From: Patescibacteria group bacterium UBA5272
Lineage (GTDB): Bacteria; Patescibacteriota; Minisyncoccia; Phycocordibacterales; UBA5272
Assembly (NCBI GenBank): GCA_002408565.1
Contig: DHTA01000002.1
Coordinates: 21,873-62,871 of the forward strand
DNA: 40,999 bases
Direction of reading: 5' to 3'
In this document: piece by piece, positions 1 to 7,953 of the stretch
How positions within the stretch are numbered: position 1 is the first letter of the stretch
Layout: each line of letters starts with the position of its first letter
Notes under the pieces: generated by a model
Told to the model about the DNA's origin: nothing
Seen by the model: only the letters and a program-made list of their open reading frames with translations
Databases searched by the model: none
Made by a program: the position numbers and the translations under genes

Positions 1-494
1 ACATTTGTTTTATTAAGCATTCTTCTTGAATTGAAACATTCAATAACTACAGATGGTTTATTTATGTCACGAATCAATATTTTTATAGAAATATTAGAGA
101 CTTTATTTTTTTGAGTTGATTCACCAGATAGTCCACCAATAACAGAACCAACACCACCAGCTAATACGCCACCTACAAGGGCACCACCAAGTGTTCTAGA
201 TAATGACTTTTTCTGTGTAATAACTCCATCTTCTATTATTTCTACACCTATTAATTCAGAAAACTTTATTATGATATCTTCATCTTCTTGTAAGATAGCT
301 ATTTTTTTACCAGATTCATCTACTGCGAATAAATAGGTATTTTCAAATCCTAAAATTTGTTTAGAAGCACTAAAATTTATTAAATTCTTCAATCTAGTTT
401 CTAAATCTTTTAATCTGTTTTTTGATTTTTTTGATTTATACACACCAGCTATTATTCCAATGAGTATTGTAAAAACAATGATATATAACCACAT
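1..494 (-). CDS. Membrane-anchored protein with glycine-zipper motif, truncated by the window edge (possibly SHOCT-type)
   Basis: Not in ORF track. Manual translation from ATG at 494: MWLYIIVFTILIGIIAGVYKSKK...RTLGGALVGGVLAGGVGSVIGGLSG..., open to position 1; N-terminal hydrophobic helix plus GxxxG zipper. Confidence 0.8.
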   Translation of the reverse strand, partial: MWLYIIVFTILIGIIAGVYKSKKSKNRLKDLETRLKNLINFSASKQILGFENTYLFAVDESGKKIAILQEDEDIIIKFSELIGVEIIEDGVITQKKSLSRTLGGALVGGVLAGGVGSVIGGLSGESTQKNKVSNISIKILIRDINKPSVVIECFNSRRMLNKTN

Positions 495-536
495 ATTTTT
501 GGACGGTTTTATAATCCTAACTAGGGTAGCAAAAAA

Positions 537-621
537 CTCCTAGCCAGTTCCGATATGCACCGTAATGCATACCCATATCCGGTTCCAGATATGACCGTCC
601 AAAGTAGACTCTGACTAGGAG
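537..621 (-). ncRNA. Structured three-way-junction RNA, candidate c4/CI-like antisense RNA
   Basis: Minus strand: 11-bp closing stem CUCCUAGUCAG/CUGGCUAGGAG, 17-nt unpaired AGUCUACUUUGGACGGU, hairpin CAUAUCUG-GAAC-CGGAUAUG, hairpin GGUAUGCAU-UACG-GUGCAUAUC, then U6. Plus-strand A-C mismatches become G-U pairs on the minus strand. Confidence 0.65.
594..614 (+). repeat. ACCGTCCAAAGT-core repeat; direct copy at 1417-1437, inverted copies at 627-639 and 498-507
   Basis: accgtccaaagtagactctga (594-614) vs accgtccaaagtgaactctga (1417-1437), 19/21 identical; tactttggacggt (627-639); tttggacggt (498-507). Confidence 0.9.
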
Positions 622-760
622 ATCTTTACTTTGGACGGTTATTTGAAACCATGCTTTATTACTAAAGTTTAGGTTATTTGTAATAAATAATAGCATAATT
701 CAAACTATTATTCTATAATTATTATATCGCAAGATTTAAAAAAGTCAGAGGAATAAAAAT

Positions 761-1333
761 ATGGAATATCTATATGAATTATTAAAATATTTAGGATCGG
801 TAGGAGCAATAGCGTGGTCTTTAGGTTGGATTATAAGAAAACTCATTGATTCTTTCTTTAATAAGAAAATTGAGGAATACAAAAATAATCTAGAGAAAGA
901 AAATATCAAACTAAAAATAAGCTACGAAAAGTTACATACCGAAAGAGCTGAAGTTATCAAAGTGGTTTATCAAAAATTAACAAAGACAATAGGATTTATT
1001 CAACAATATATAAAACCAATGAGATTAACAGGGGAAGAGAGTGAAGAGGAGTCTCAAATAAAAGCTATAGATGCCTATAATGAATTTTCTGTTTATTATA
1101 GAGAAAATAGATTATTTTTTAATGAAGATTTAGCTCTTAAAATAGATGATATTCAAATGAGGTTGTTGGATATATTAAACGGATTTCAGTTAATTCGAAA
1201 TATAGAAATACAATCATTAGGTGATACATCTAAAAAATGGTCAGAATTATTTAAAAGTTTGACTGATACAGATATACCTCCACTTAAAAAAGAAATAGAG
1301 ATAGAATTTAGAAAAATAATAGGAATCGAATAA
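761..1333 (+). CDS. Hypothetical protein with N-terminal membrane helix and coiled coil
   Basis: 190-aa ORF; hydrophobic LGSVGAIAWSLGWII followed by a charged helical region. Confidence 0.75.
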   Translation: MEYLYELLKYLGSVGAIAWSLGWIIRKLIDSFFNKKIEEYKNNLEKENIKLKISYEKLHTERAEVIKVVYQKLTKTIGFIQQYIKPMRLTGEESEEESQIKAIDAYNEFSVYYRENRLFFNEDLALKIDDIQMRLLDILNGFQLIRNIEIQSLGDTSKKWSELFKSLTDTDIPPLKKEIEIEFRKIIGIE

Positions 1334-1416
1334 AAATATTCTGCTATTTTTTCAAACTTCTGCATAGACTTAGCAAACTAATTGTTTTCTGTCATTAATA
1401 TATATACAGATTTATA

Positions 1417-1437
1417 ACCGTCCAAAGTGAACTCTGA
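1417..1437 (+). promoter_or_regulatory. Site in the recombinase 5' leader complementary to the 537-621 RNA
   Basis: accgtccaaagtgaactctga ends 11 nt before the ATG at 1449. Confidence 0.55.
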
Positions 1438-1448
1438 TATATAAATAT

Positions 1449-2768
1449 ATGCATAATCAAAGTGTGGGGAAGATAGAAAATAACATTACATATACAGAAG
1501 AAAAAGTTAAGTATGTTTTGTACGCTAGAAAAAGTACCGAATCTGAAGAATTACAAGTTCTTTCTATAGATTCACAAGTTAACGAGATGCTACAAATAGC
1601 AGAAAGAGAAAATCTTCATATAGTAGAAACATTAAGAGAATCACATTCAGCCAAAGCTTCTGGTCAAAGACCAGTTTTTTTAGAAATAATAAAAGGTATT
1701 AATGATGGGAAATATACAGGGATACTTACATGGGCACCTGATAGACTATCTCGTAATGCAGGGGATTTAGGATCTTTAGTCGACTTAATGGATCAAAAGA
1801 AATTAATTAATATTCAAACCTATTCTCAAAAGTTTACTAATGATCCATCTCAAAAATTTCTTTTAATGATACTTTGCTCTCAAGCTAAACTCGAAAATGA
1901 TAATAAAAGTATTAATGTAAAAAGGGGAATGAAAGCGAGATGTGAGATGGGTCTATTTCCAAGTAAACCACCAACTGGATATTTGGTATCAAAAAACAGA
2001 GAAGAAAAATGTTTATCTATAATTGATGAACAGAGAGCAAATATAATAAGAGAAGTATTTGAAAAGATCGCTTATAACAATCAATCAGCTAGGCAAGTAT
2101 ATAATTGGCTTAATGATGAAAAACATTTTAAGACAGAAAATAATAAAAAATTTAGTATAGGGAATTATTATCTAATGCTCCATAACACTTTCTATTATGG
2201 AGTTTTTGAATATCCAAAAGATTCTGGTAATTGGTATAAGGGAAAACATAAGCCAATAATATCTAAAGAATTATTTGACATCGTTCAAGAGAAAATAAAA
2301 GAACAGACTTTAATTAAAAGTGGTTATCAAGATAAAGAATTTGCTTTTACAAAATTATTAACATGTTCACTTTGTGGATCTGGTATCACAGCAGATGAGA
2401 AGTATAAGAAATTAAGTAGTGGAGAAACTAAAAGATATGTTTATTATAAATGTACCAAAGTAAGAGATAAAGATTGTAAATTTGGATATATTAGTGAAGA
2501 AAATTTAATAGAAATATTAAAGGGAGTCACAGATACTATTGATATTAATAAAATACAAATTAAGGAAAAGATAACCACGGAAATAAAAAGATTTAAATTA
2601 TTTCAAGCAAAGTTATTAAAGACTAAAACCAATGATTTATTTATTAAAGATATAGATATCAGGGAATATGTGAAGTTTATACTTGAAAATGGGAGTATTA
2701 AAGAAAAGAGGGAAATATTGGGATGTTTTAAGGAGAAGATTATTGTAAATAGTTACTTAAAAACATAA
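1449..2768 (+). CDS. Large serine recombinase (resolvase catalytic domain, recombinase domain, Zn ribbon)
   Basis: YARKST catalytic serine motif, PDRLSRN, central recombinase domain with HKPIISKELF, CSLCG...YYKC...C zinc ribbon. Confidence 0.93.
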   Translation: MHNQSVGKIENNITYTEEKVKYVLYARKSTESEELQVLSIDSQVNEMLQIAERENLHIVETLRESHSAKASGQRPVFLEIIKGINDGKYTGILTWAPDRLSRNAGDLGSLVDLMDQKKLINIQTYSQKFTNDPSQKFLLMILCSQAKLENDNKSINVKRGMKARCEMGLFPSKPPTGYLVSKNREEKCLSIIDEQRANIIREVFEKIAYNNQSARQVYNWLNDEKHFKTENNKKFSIGNYYLMLHNTFYYGVFEYPKDSGNWYKGKHKPIISKELFDIVQEKIKEQTLIKSGYQDKEFAFTKLLTCSLCGSGITADEKYKKLSSGETKRYVYYKCTKVRDKDCKFGYISEENLIEILKGVTDTIDINKIQIKEKITTEIKRFKLFQAKLLKTKTNDLFIKDIDIREYVKFILENGSIKEKREILGCFKEKIIVNSYLKT

Positions 2769-2802
2769 ATAAGTCTTTATTTATAAAGATATTATAGTTA
2801 TT

Positions 2803-2854
2803 AACCTATGAAAACCTATGAAGACTTGCAATTATATTTAACATCTGATAGACT
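2803..2854 (+). promoter_or_regulatory. Putative hsd promoter with tandem 10-bp direct repeats just upstream of -35
   Basis: aacctatgaa twice (2803-2822), TTGCAA (2826-2831), 17 nt, TAGACT (2849-2854), ATG at 2868. Confidence 0.55.
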
Positions 2855-2867
2855 TATATTATTAAAT

Positions 2868-4550
2868 ATGCGCAAAGATATAAAAGAAAAGTTAAAGGGT
2901 TTGCCAGAATTATTAACTATAAGCCAAGTAGCTGAGATTTTTTCAATTCATCAAGATACTCTTCGTAATTGGGAAAAAGACGGTACTCTTGTGCCTTTAC
3001 GTGTAGGTCCTCGTAAAGATAGAAAATATAGACCTCAAGATATTGAGGCGATAGTGGATAAAATGGGAAGTATGCTAACTCTACCACAATTAGAATCTTT
3101 TCTTTGGAAGTCAGCAGATATTCTTCGTGGAAAAATTGATAGTTCTGATTATAAAAAATATATTTTCGGGCTACTCTTTTATAAGAGAATGAGTGACGTA
3201 TGGGAAGAAGAGTACAAAAAAGTGATGGAAGAATATAATGATAAAGCTATAGCAGTAGCAGATTATAATCATCGTTTCCAAGTTCCTAAAGATTGTAAAT
3301 GGGAAATAGTTACAGAGAAAGCGGAAAATATCGGTAAAAATTTAAATGACATTTTTGAGAAACTTACAAATGCAAATAGCCCAAAGTTAGATAAAATTTT
3401 TGATGATTTAGATTTTGCAAATAAAGATAGATTTCCAAATGAGACACTTCAAAAATTGATCAATCATTTTTCACAATATAATTTTGGTGATACTTATATC
3501 AGTTCTGATTTATTAGGTGACGCTTATGAATATCTTATAAAACAATTCGCAGCAGACGCTGGTAAAAAGGGTGGAGAATTTTATACTCCTCGCGAAGTCG
3601 AAAAGGTAATAATAAGTATTTTAAAACCTCATGAGAAAGATCATATATATGACCCAACAGTTGGGTCAGGTGGATTTTTACTTGAAGCTTATGATTATCT
3701 TAAAAATAAATCTGGAGAAAAAGTAGCTAAGACTTTATATTTATATGGACAAGAACAAAATCTTGCAACTTTCGCAATTGCAAAAATAAATATGTTTCTA
3801 CATGGTCTTGATAGTGCAGACATAAGAAGAGGAGATACACTTGCTAATCCTCAATTTTTAAATAATTTAGGACAGCTTCAAACTTTTGATATCACAGTTG
3901 CAAATCCTCCATACTCAATTAAGGATTGGGAAATAGATGCTTTCAAAAATAAATTTGGAAGAGTAGACGGTTATGATGTTCCTCCAGAAAAAAATGCTGA
4001 TTATGCTTTTGTTTTGCATATCATAAAATCTATGAATCAAAATGGTAGAGCAGGTATAGTTCTTCCTCATGGAGTATTATTCCGTGGTGGAGCAGAAGGT
4101 AGAATCAGAGAGCAGATTATAAAAAATGATTTAATAGAATGTATTATTGCCTTACCATCAAAACTTTTTTATGGTACTGGTATCCCAGCGGCCATAGTTA
4201 TCTTAAATAAAAATAAAGCAGAAAATAAGAAAAATAAAATATTAATCATAGATGCAGAAAAAGATTATCAGGAAGGTAAAAATCAAAATTCTCTAAGATC
4301 TCAAGATATACAAAAAATAGTAAAGACATATGATACTTTTCAAGATGTAGAAAAATATGCGAGAGTTGTAGATATTAAAGAAATAGAAGAAAATGATCTT
4401 AATCTAAATATTCGCCAATATATTGATTCTAGTGAAGTTGAAGAAGTTATTGATGTAAAAAAAGTAAGAAATGAAATAAAAGAAATTAAAAAAGAAATTG
4501 AAAAGATTGATAAAGTGGTCGAGGGATATTTAGATGAATTGAAATATTAA
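2868..4550 (+). CDS. hsdM: Type I RM methyltransferase subunit M with N-terminal MerR/excisionase-like HTH
   Basis: LWKSADILRG, GEFYTPREV, DPTVGSGG (motif I), NPPY (motif IV); N-terminal LLTISQVAEIFSIHQDTLRNWEKDG HTH. Start moved from 2808 to 2868 because the promoter lies between them. Confidence 0.95.
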   Translation: MRKDIKEKLKGLPELLTISQVAEIFSIHQDTLRNWEKDGTLVPLRVGPRKDRKYRPQDIEAIVDKMGSMLTLPQLESFLWKSADILRGKIDSSDYKKYIFGLLFYKRMSDVWEEEYKKVMEEYNDKAIAVADYNHRFQVPKDCKWEIVTEKAENIGKNLNDIFEKLTNANSPKLDKIFDDLDFANKDRFPNETLQKLINHFSQYNFGDTYISSDLLGDAYEYLIKQFAADAGKKGGEFYTPREVEKVIISILKPHEKDHIYDPTVGSGGFLLEAYDYLKNKSGEKVAKTLYLYGQEQNLATFAIAKINMFLHGLDSADIRRGDTLANPQFLNNLGQLQTFDITVANPPYSIKDWEIDAFKNKFGRVDGYDVPPEKNADYAFVLHIIKSMNQNGRAGIVLPHGVLFRGGAEGRIREQIIKNDLIECIIALPSKLFYGTGIPAAIVILNKNKAENKKNKILIIDAEKDYQEGKNQNSLRSQDIQKIVKTYDTFQDVEKYARVVDIKEIEENDLNLNIRQYIDSSEVEEVIDVKKVRNEIKEIKKEIEKIDKVVEGYLDELKY

Positions 4551-4552
4551 AT

Positions 4553-5458
4553 ATGGATTCAAAAAAAATACAACAATTAAAAAATGAAACTAGTAAATCT
4601 GATATAAAATTATCAGAGCTTTTGAATAGATCAAAAATATTATTCGCTAAAGATAAAGAATTTTTAAAATTATTTGATAAAGAAATTAAAGGATATTCCG
4701 TAGATGGTGATATACCAGAGTATAGAAATATTAGAGGAGAATTGAAAGGTTGGAACCCTTATCAAGGATGGATACCATGTTTATTTACTAATGACCCAAA
4801 GACTCAAGAACTGATTTCAAATAGAAAAGTAATACAATCTATATCTGAATTAGAAAAATTATTATCTACTCAGAGTAAAGAATTAACAATGGAAATTCCA
4901 GCTGGGGCTAATAATAATTTTTCTGAAATTTTTGGAATGGATACAAAATTTTGTTTTTTTATAAATCCTATAAGTATAGAATCTGTAATTATTAATGTAA
5001 AGAATAGATTATTTGATTTCTTGATAAAGAAAGATACTTTACCTGAAATTGCTGTTTTAGAGTCCAATGACAATGTTATCTTTCCTAAAGAATTAATAAA
5101 TAAATTGCCTTTAGATATTCAATCACTTATAGATGATTTTCATTTTAACTATTCAAATGATAAAGCAAATCCTTCTATTTTTATATTACGAAGAATATTA
5201 CCTTTATCTATTATAAGAAAATATCAAAAAGATAATAAAGAGAATGAAATTAAAGATTCAAATGGAGATCATTTTGAAACAAGAGGATTGTTAGGAAAAA
5301 TACAAAATAATTTATCTAATACAAGAATTTATAAAGATATTATCTCTCATAAACAGTTAATAGATGGCTCACAACATATTTACACACTAAATATACAGAT
5401 GCCAGATGTAAAAAATTGTGCTATATCGTTGAGAATATTTTTAGATGATATTTTTTAA
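4553..5458 (+). CDS. AbiTii-like N-terminal domain protein with helical, possibly HEPN-like C-terminus
   Basis: LSELLNRSKIL...KEIKGY...IPEYRNIRGELKGWNPYQGWIP resembles the AbiTii pattern; C-terminal ILRRILP...DGSQH (recognised by eye). Confidence 0.65.
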   Translation: MDSKKIQQLKNETSKSDIKLSELLNRSKILFAKDKEFLKLFDKEIKGYSVDGDIPEYRNIRGELKGWNPYQGWIPCLFTNDPKTQELISNRKVIQSISELEKLLSTQSKELTMEIPAGANNNFSEIFGMDTKFCFFINPISIESVIINVKNRLFDFLIKKDTLPEIAVLESNDNVIFPKELINKLPLDIQSLIDDFHFNYSNDKANPSIFILRRILPLSIIRKYQKDNKENEIKDSNGDHFETRGLLGKIQNNLSNTRIYKDIISHKQLIDGSQHIYTLNIQMPDVKNCAISLRIFLDDIF

Positions 5459-5462
5459 TCTT

Positions 5463-6569
5463 ATGAAATTTACTATATCACAAAAAAATATTCCAAAAGA
5501 TTGGCAAGTGAAAGAACTTAAAGAGGTTTGTAATATTGATTTTGGCACAAGAATTGTAAAATCTAAAGTAATACCTGGAGATTTTTATGTGTATGGTGGA
5601 GGAGACAAAACATTTAAAACTAATGAATACAATAGAGAAAATTGCGTAATTATTTCTCGTTTTGCTATGTCGCCTTTATGTGTCAGGTTTGTGAAAGGAA
5701 AATTTTATTTAAATGACTCAGGATTATCCCTTTCTATCTTAGATAGTAGGATATTAGATCAGAATTTTATCGATCAATTATTATTAACTTCACAAAATGA
5801 AATATATAAATTAGGCAGAGGTGTCGCTCAAAAGAATTTAAATGTAGAAGACTTCAAAAAAATAAATTTAATCCTTCCTCCTCTCCCAGAACAAAAAAAG
5901 ATCGCCACTATCCTAACATCTCTTGATGATGAAATAAAAAAAGTTGGGGAGATGATAGAGAAAAGTGAGGATATGAAGAAGGGACTGATTAAAAATTTTT
6001 TAAAAAATTTTAATAAAGAAAAAATGGTAAGCCTAGATTTTGTCTGTATCTCAATTACTGCAGGAGGTGATTTGCCAGAGGATTATAATAAAAACCAATT
6101 AATTCCGAGTGAAGAATTTAAATATCCAATATATTCAAATGGTATAGACAGTAAGTCTTTATATGGTTTTTCTAAAGATTATAAAATTAATGAAGATGCT
6201 ATCACTATTTCTGCTAGAGGAACTATTGGATACCATACAATACGTAAAGCAAATTTTACTCCAATAATTCGTCTTATCACCTTAATCCCAAATAAAGATA
6301 TTATATCAATATATTATTTAAATTATATTTTAGATCTTGTTAAAATAGAACACAGTGGTGGTGGAATACCACAACTAACAGTACCTAATGTTAAAAAAAT
6401 AAAAATACCTTTAGTATCTAAAGATAAGCAAAAACAAATTGCAGAGATTTTAGGGTCAATAGATAAAAAAATAGAAATGTATAAAAAATTGAAAAATAAA
6501 CTTTTGGAATTAAAGAAGGGTGTTAGCGGGGATTTATTAAGTGGAAAGGTGAGAGTTAATTTAAAATAA
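5463..6569 (+). CDS. hsdS: Type I RM specificity subunit S
   Basis: IPKDWQVKELKEV start, two TRDs each followed by a conserved helix (LPPLPEQKKIA; PLVSKDKQKQIA), C-terminal DLLSGKVRV; ATG 5463 preferred over 5445. Confidence 0.93.
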   Translation: MKFTISQKNIPKDWQVKELKEVCNIDFGTRIVKSKVIPGDFYVYGGGDKTFKTNEYNRENCVIISRFAMSPLCVRFVKGKFYLNDSGLSLSILDSRILDQNFIDQLLLTSQNEIYKLGRGVAQKNLNVEDFKKINLILPPLPEQKKIATILTSLDDEIKKVGEMIEKSEDMKKGLIKNFLKNFNKEKMVSLDFVCISITAGGDLPEDYNKNQLIPSEEFKYPIYSNGIDSKSLYGFSKDYKINEDAITISARGTIGYHTIRKANFTPIIRLITLIPNKDIISIYYLNYILDLVKIEHSGGGIPQLTVPNVKKIKIPLVSKDKQKQIAEILGSIDKKIEMYKKLKNKLLELKKGVSGDLLSGKVRVNLK

Positions 6570-6573
6570 ATTT

Positions 6574-7161
6574 ATGAAAACATTTTTTGATTCAAATTCA
6601 TTTTCAGGTTTAGCTACTATATTAACTGGTCTTGTTGCGTATATTATTTTTCGACTTCAAAAAAGAGAAGAAAGATTAAAAGCCGCAAGAATTATTTTAA
6701 TGGAAATAGAAGATTGCGAAAGTTTATTTAACACAATAAAGCAGAATGGAATTTTAAATTTATCAGAGATAAGACAATTACCAATAAGTGATAGTTGGAA
6801 CAAATATAAATATATATTTGCTAAAAAACTTAAAAACTCAGATCTAAAACTAATTGATAATTTTTATAACACTTGTTTTTTAATAAACAAAGAATTAAAT
6901 GAAGCATATAGTCTACCAGATTTTTGGAGAGAAAAAGGTCGTATAGTTGCTGAAAAACATGCATCTTTTAGTGAATCAAGTAAAGACAAAAAAGAATATG
7001 AAGAAATGAAAGAAAAAATAAAATTATTTGAAGAAGATTCTTATTGGTGGCAACCTTTTGAACCATCTAAAAAGATTATAGAAAGAATAAAATCTATTCA
7101 ATATATTACTACTACACCAACAGGTGACAGGTTGAAAGAAATTGCAAAAATAATATTATGA
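6574..7161 (+). CDS. Hypothetical protein with N-terminal membrane helix, inside the hsd operon
   Basis: 195 aa; FSGLATILTGLVAYIIF; ATGA overlap with next gene. Confidence 0.75.
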   Translation: MKTFFDSNSFSGLATILTGLVAYIIFRLQKREERLKAARIILMEIEDCESLFNTIKQNGILNLSEIRQLPISDSWNKYKYIFAKKLKNSDLKLIDNFYNTCFLINKELNEAYSLPDFWREKGRIVAEKHASFSESSKDKKEYEEMKEKIKLFEEDSYWWQPFEPSKKIIERIKSIQYITTTPTGDRLKEIAKIIL

Positions 7162-7949
7162 TAAAGATTAAACAGACACTAAATGAATTAGAAGATAAAT
7201 TAAAAGAACAATTTGAACTTTTAAAAATTCTCGTTGAGTCTTATGATTCAGGTAATACAGTTGTAGCTAAATCTATAGCTACAAGTATAAGGGTACTTTT
7301 GCATGATACAAAGAATTCTAAATCATTATTTGGACAATTAGGATTAAAAAATAAAAACTTTTTAGACACTTCTATATCTAATCAAGATGGCAATCTATCT
7401 TCTTTTCATGGTTTGATGGGAATATCTGTTGGTAATGAAAAAAGTAAATATATACCTTGGTTAGATGGATATCCACCAATAATTTTTAATTTTGTACCTT
7501 TCGATGAATATTGGAATAGAATTATTTTTGTAGATAAAAATAAAAATTCTTTTTCAAGAAAAGATATTATACTTAATATTGCTGATCAAGATGGTGGAGC
7601 ACATGTTGATCCAGATATTGATGAGAAATTTAAAAACTTAGCAAGGGAAAATAGTTTAGGCTGGATTGGTAATTTAAATGGTATAAGTTACGATCTTGAA
7701 GGTGCGGAATTGGCTGCTACTAGACAAATAGCTCATGAGATACTTAGATCTTCTTTACCTGATTATCCAAAAAAGAAAATGAACACAAATGGAATTGCGG
7801 CTGTATTTAGTAATATAGTTTTAGTAGCTGGAGAGGGTGCAAATTTAATAAAAAACACTTTTATAAAAAACAAAATACCAAAAGTTGGTCGTAATGAAAA
7901 GTGTCCATGTGGAAGTGATTTAAAATATAAAAAATGTCACGGAAAATAA
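7158..7949 (+). CDS. SEC-C zinc-motif protein, inside the hsd operon
   Basis: C-terminal KVGRNEKCPCGSDLKYKKCHG; internal IRVLLHD and SRKDIILNIADQDGGAHVD motifs. Confidence 0.85.
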   Translation: MIKIKQTLNELEDKLKEQFELLKILVESYDSGNTVVAKSIATSIRVLLHDTKNSKSLFGQLGLKNKNFLDTSISNQDGNLSSFHGLMGISVGNEKSKYIPWLDGYPPIIFNFVPFDEYWNRIIFVDKNKNSFSRKDIILNIADQDGGAHVDPDIDEKFKNLARENSLGWIGNLNGISYDLEGAELAATRQIAHEILRSSLPDYPKKKMNTNGIAAVFSNIVLVAGEGANLIKNTFIKNKIPKVGRNEKCPCGSDLKYKKCHGK

Positions 7950-7953
7950 AAAT

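Noticed and set aside
537-621. Structured RNA as a degenerate tRNA or plain terminator
   Set aside because: No TTC loop, anticodon arm or CCA; the multibranch fold with a repeated unpaired core is more than a terminator needs
498-640. ACCGTCCAAA repeats as a CRISPR array
   Set aside because: Copies are short, alternate in orientation and are irregularly spaced; no cas genes in the window
2808-2867. N-terminal extension of HsdM given by the ORF track
   Set aside because: Overlaps the predicted promoter and repeats; ATG 2868 fits better. Similar over-extensions were trimmed for hsdS, rplK, the AI-2E gene, rpsF and smpB
5463-6569. Phase-variable hsdS shufflon driven by the recombinase
   Set aside because: Only one hsdS, with no silent TRD copies or flanking inverted repeats visible
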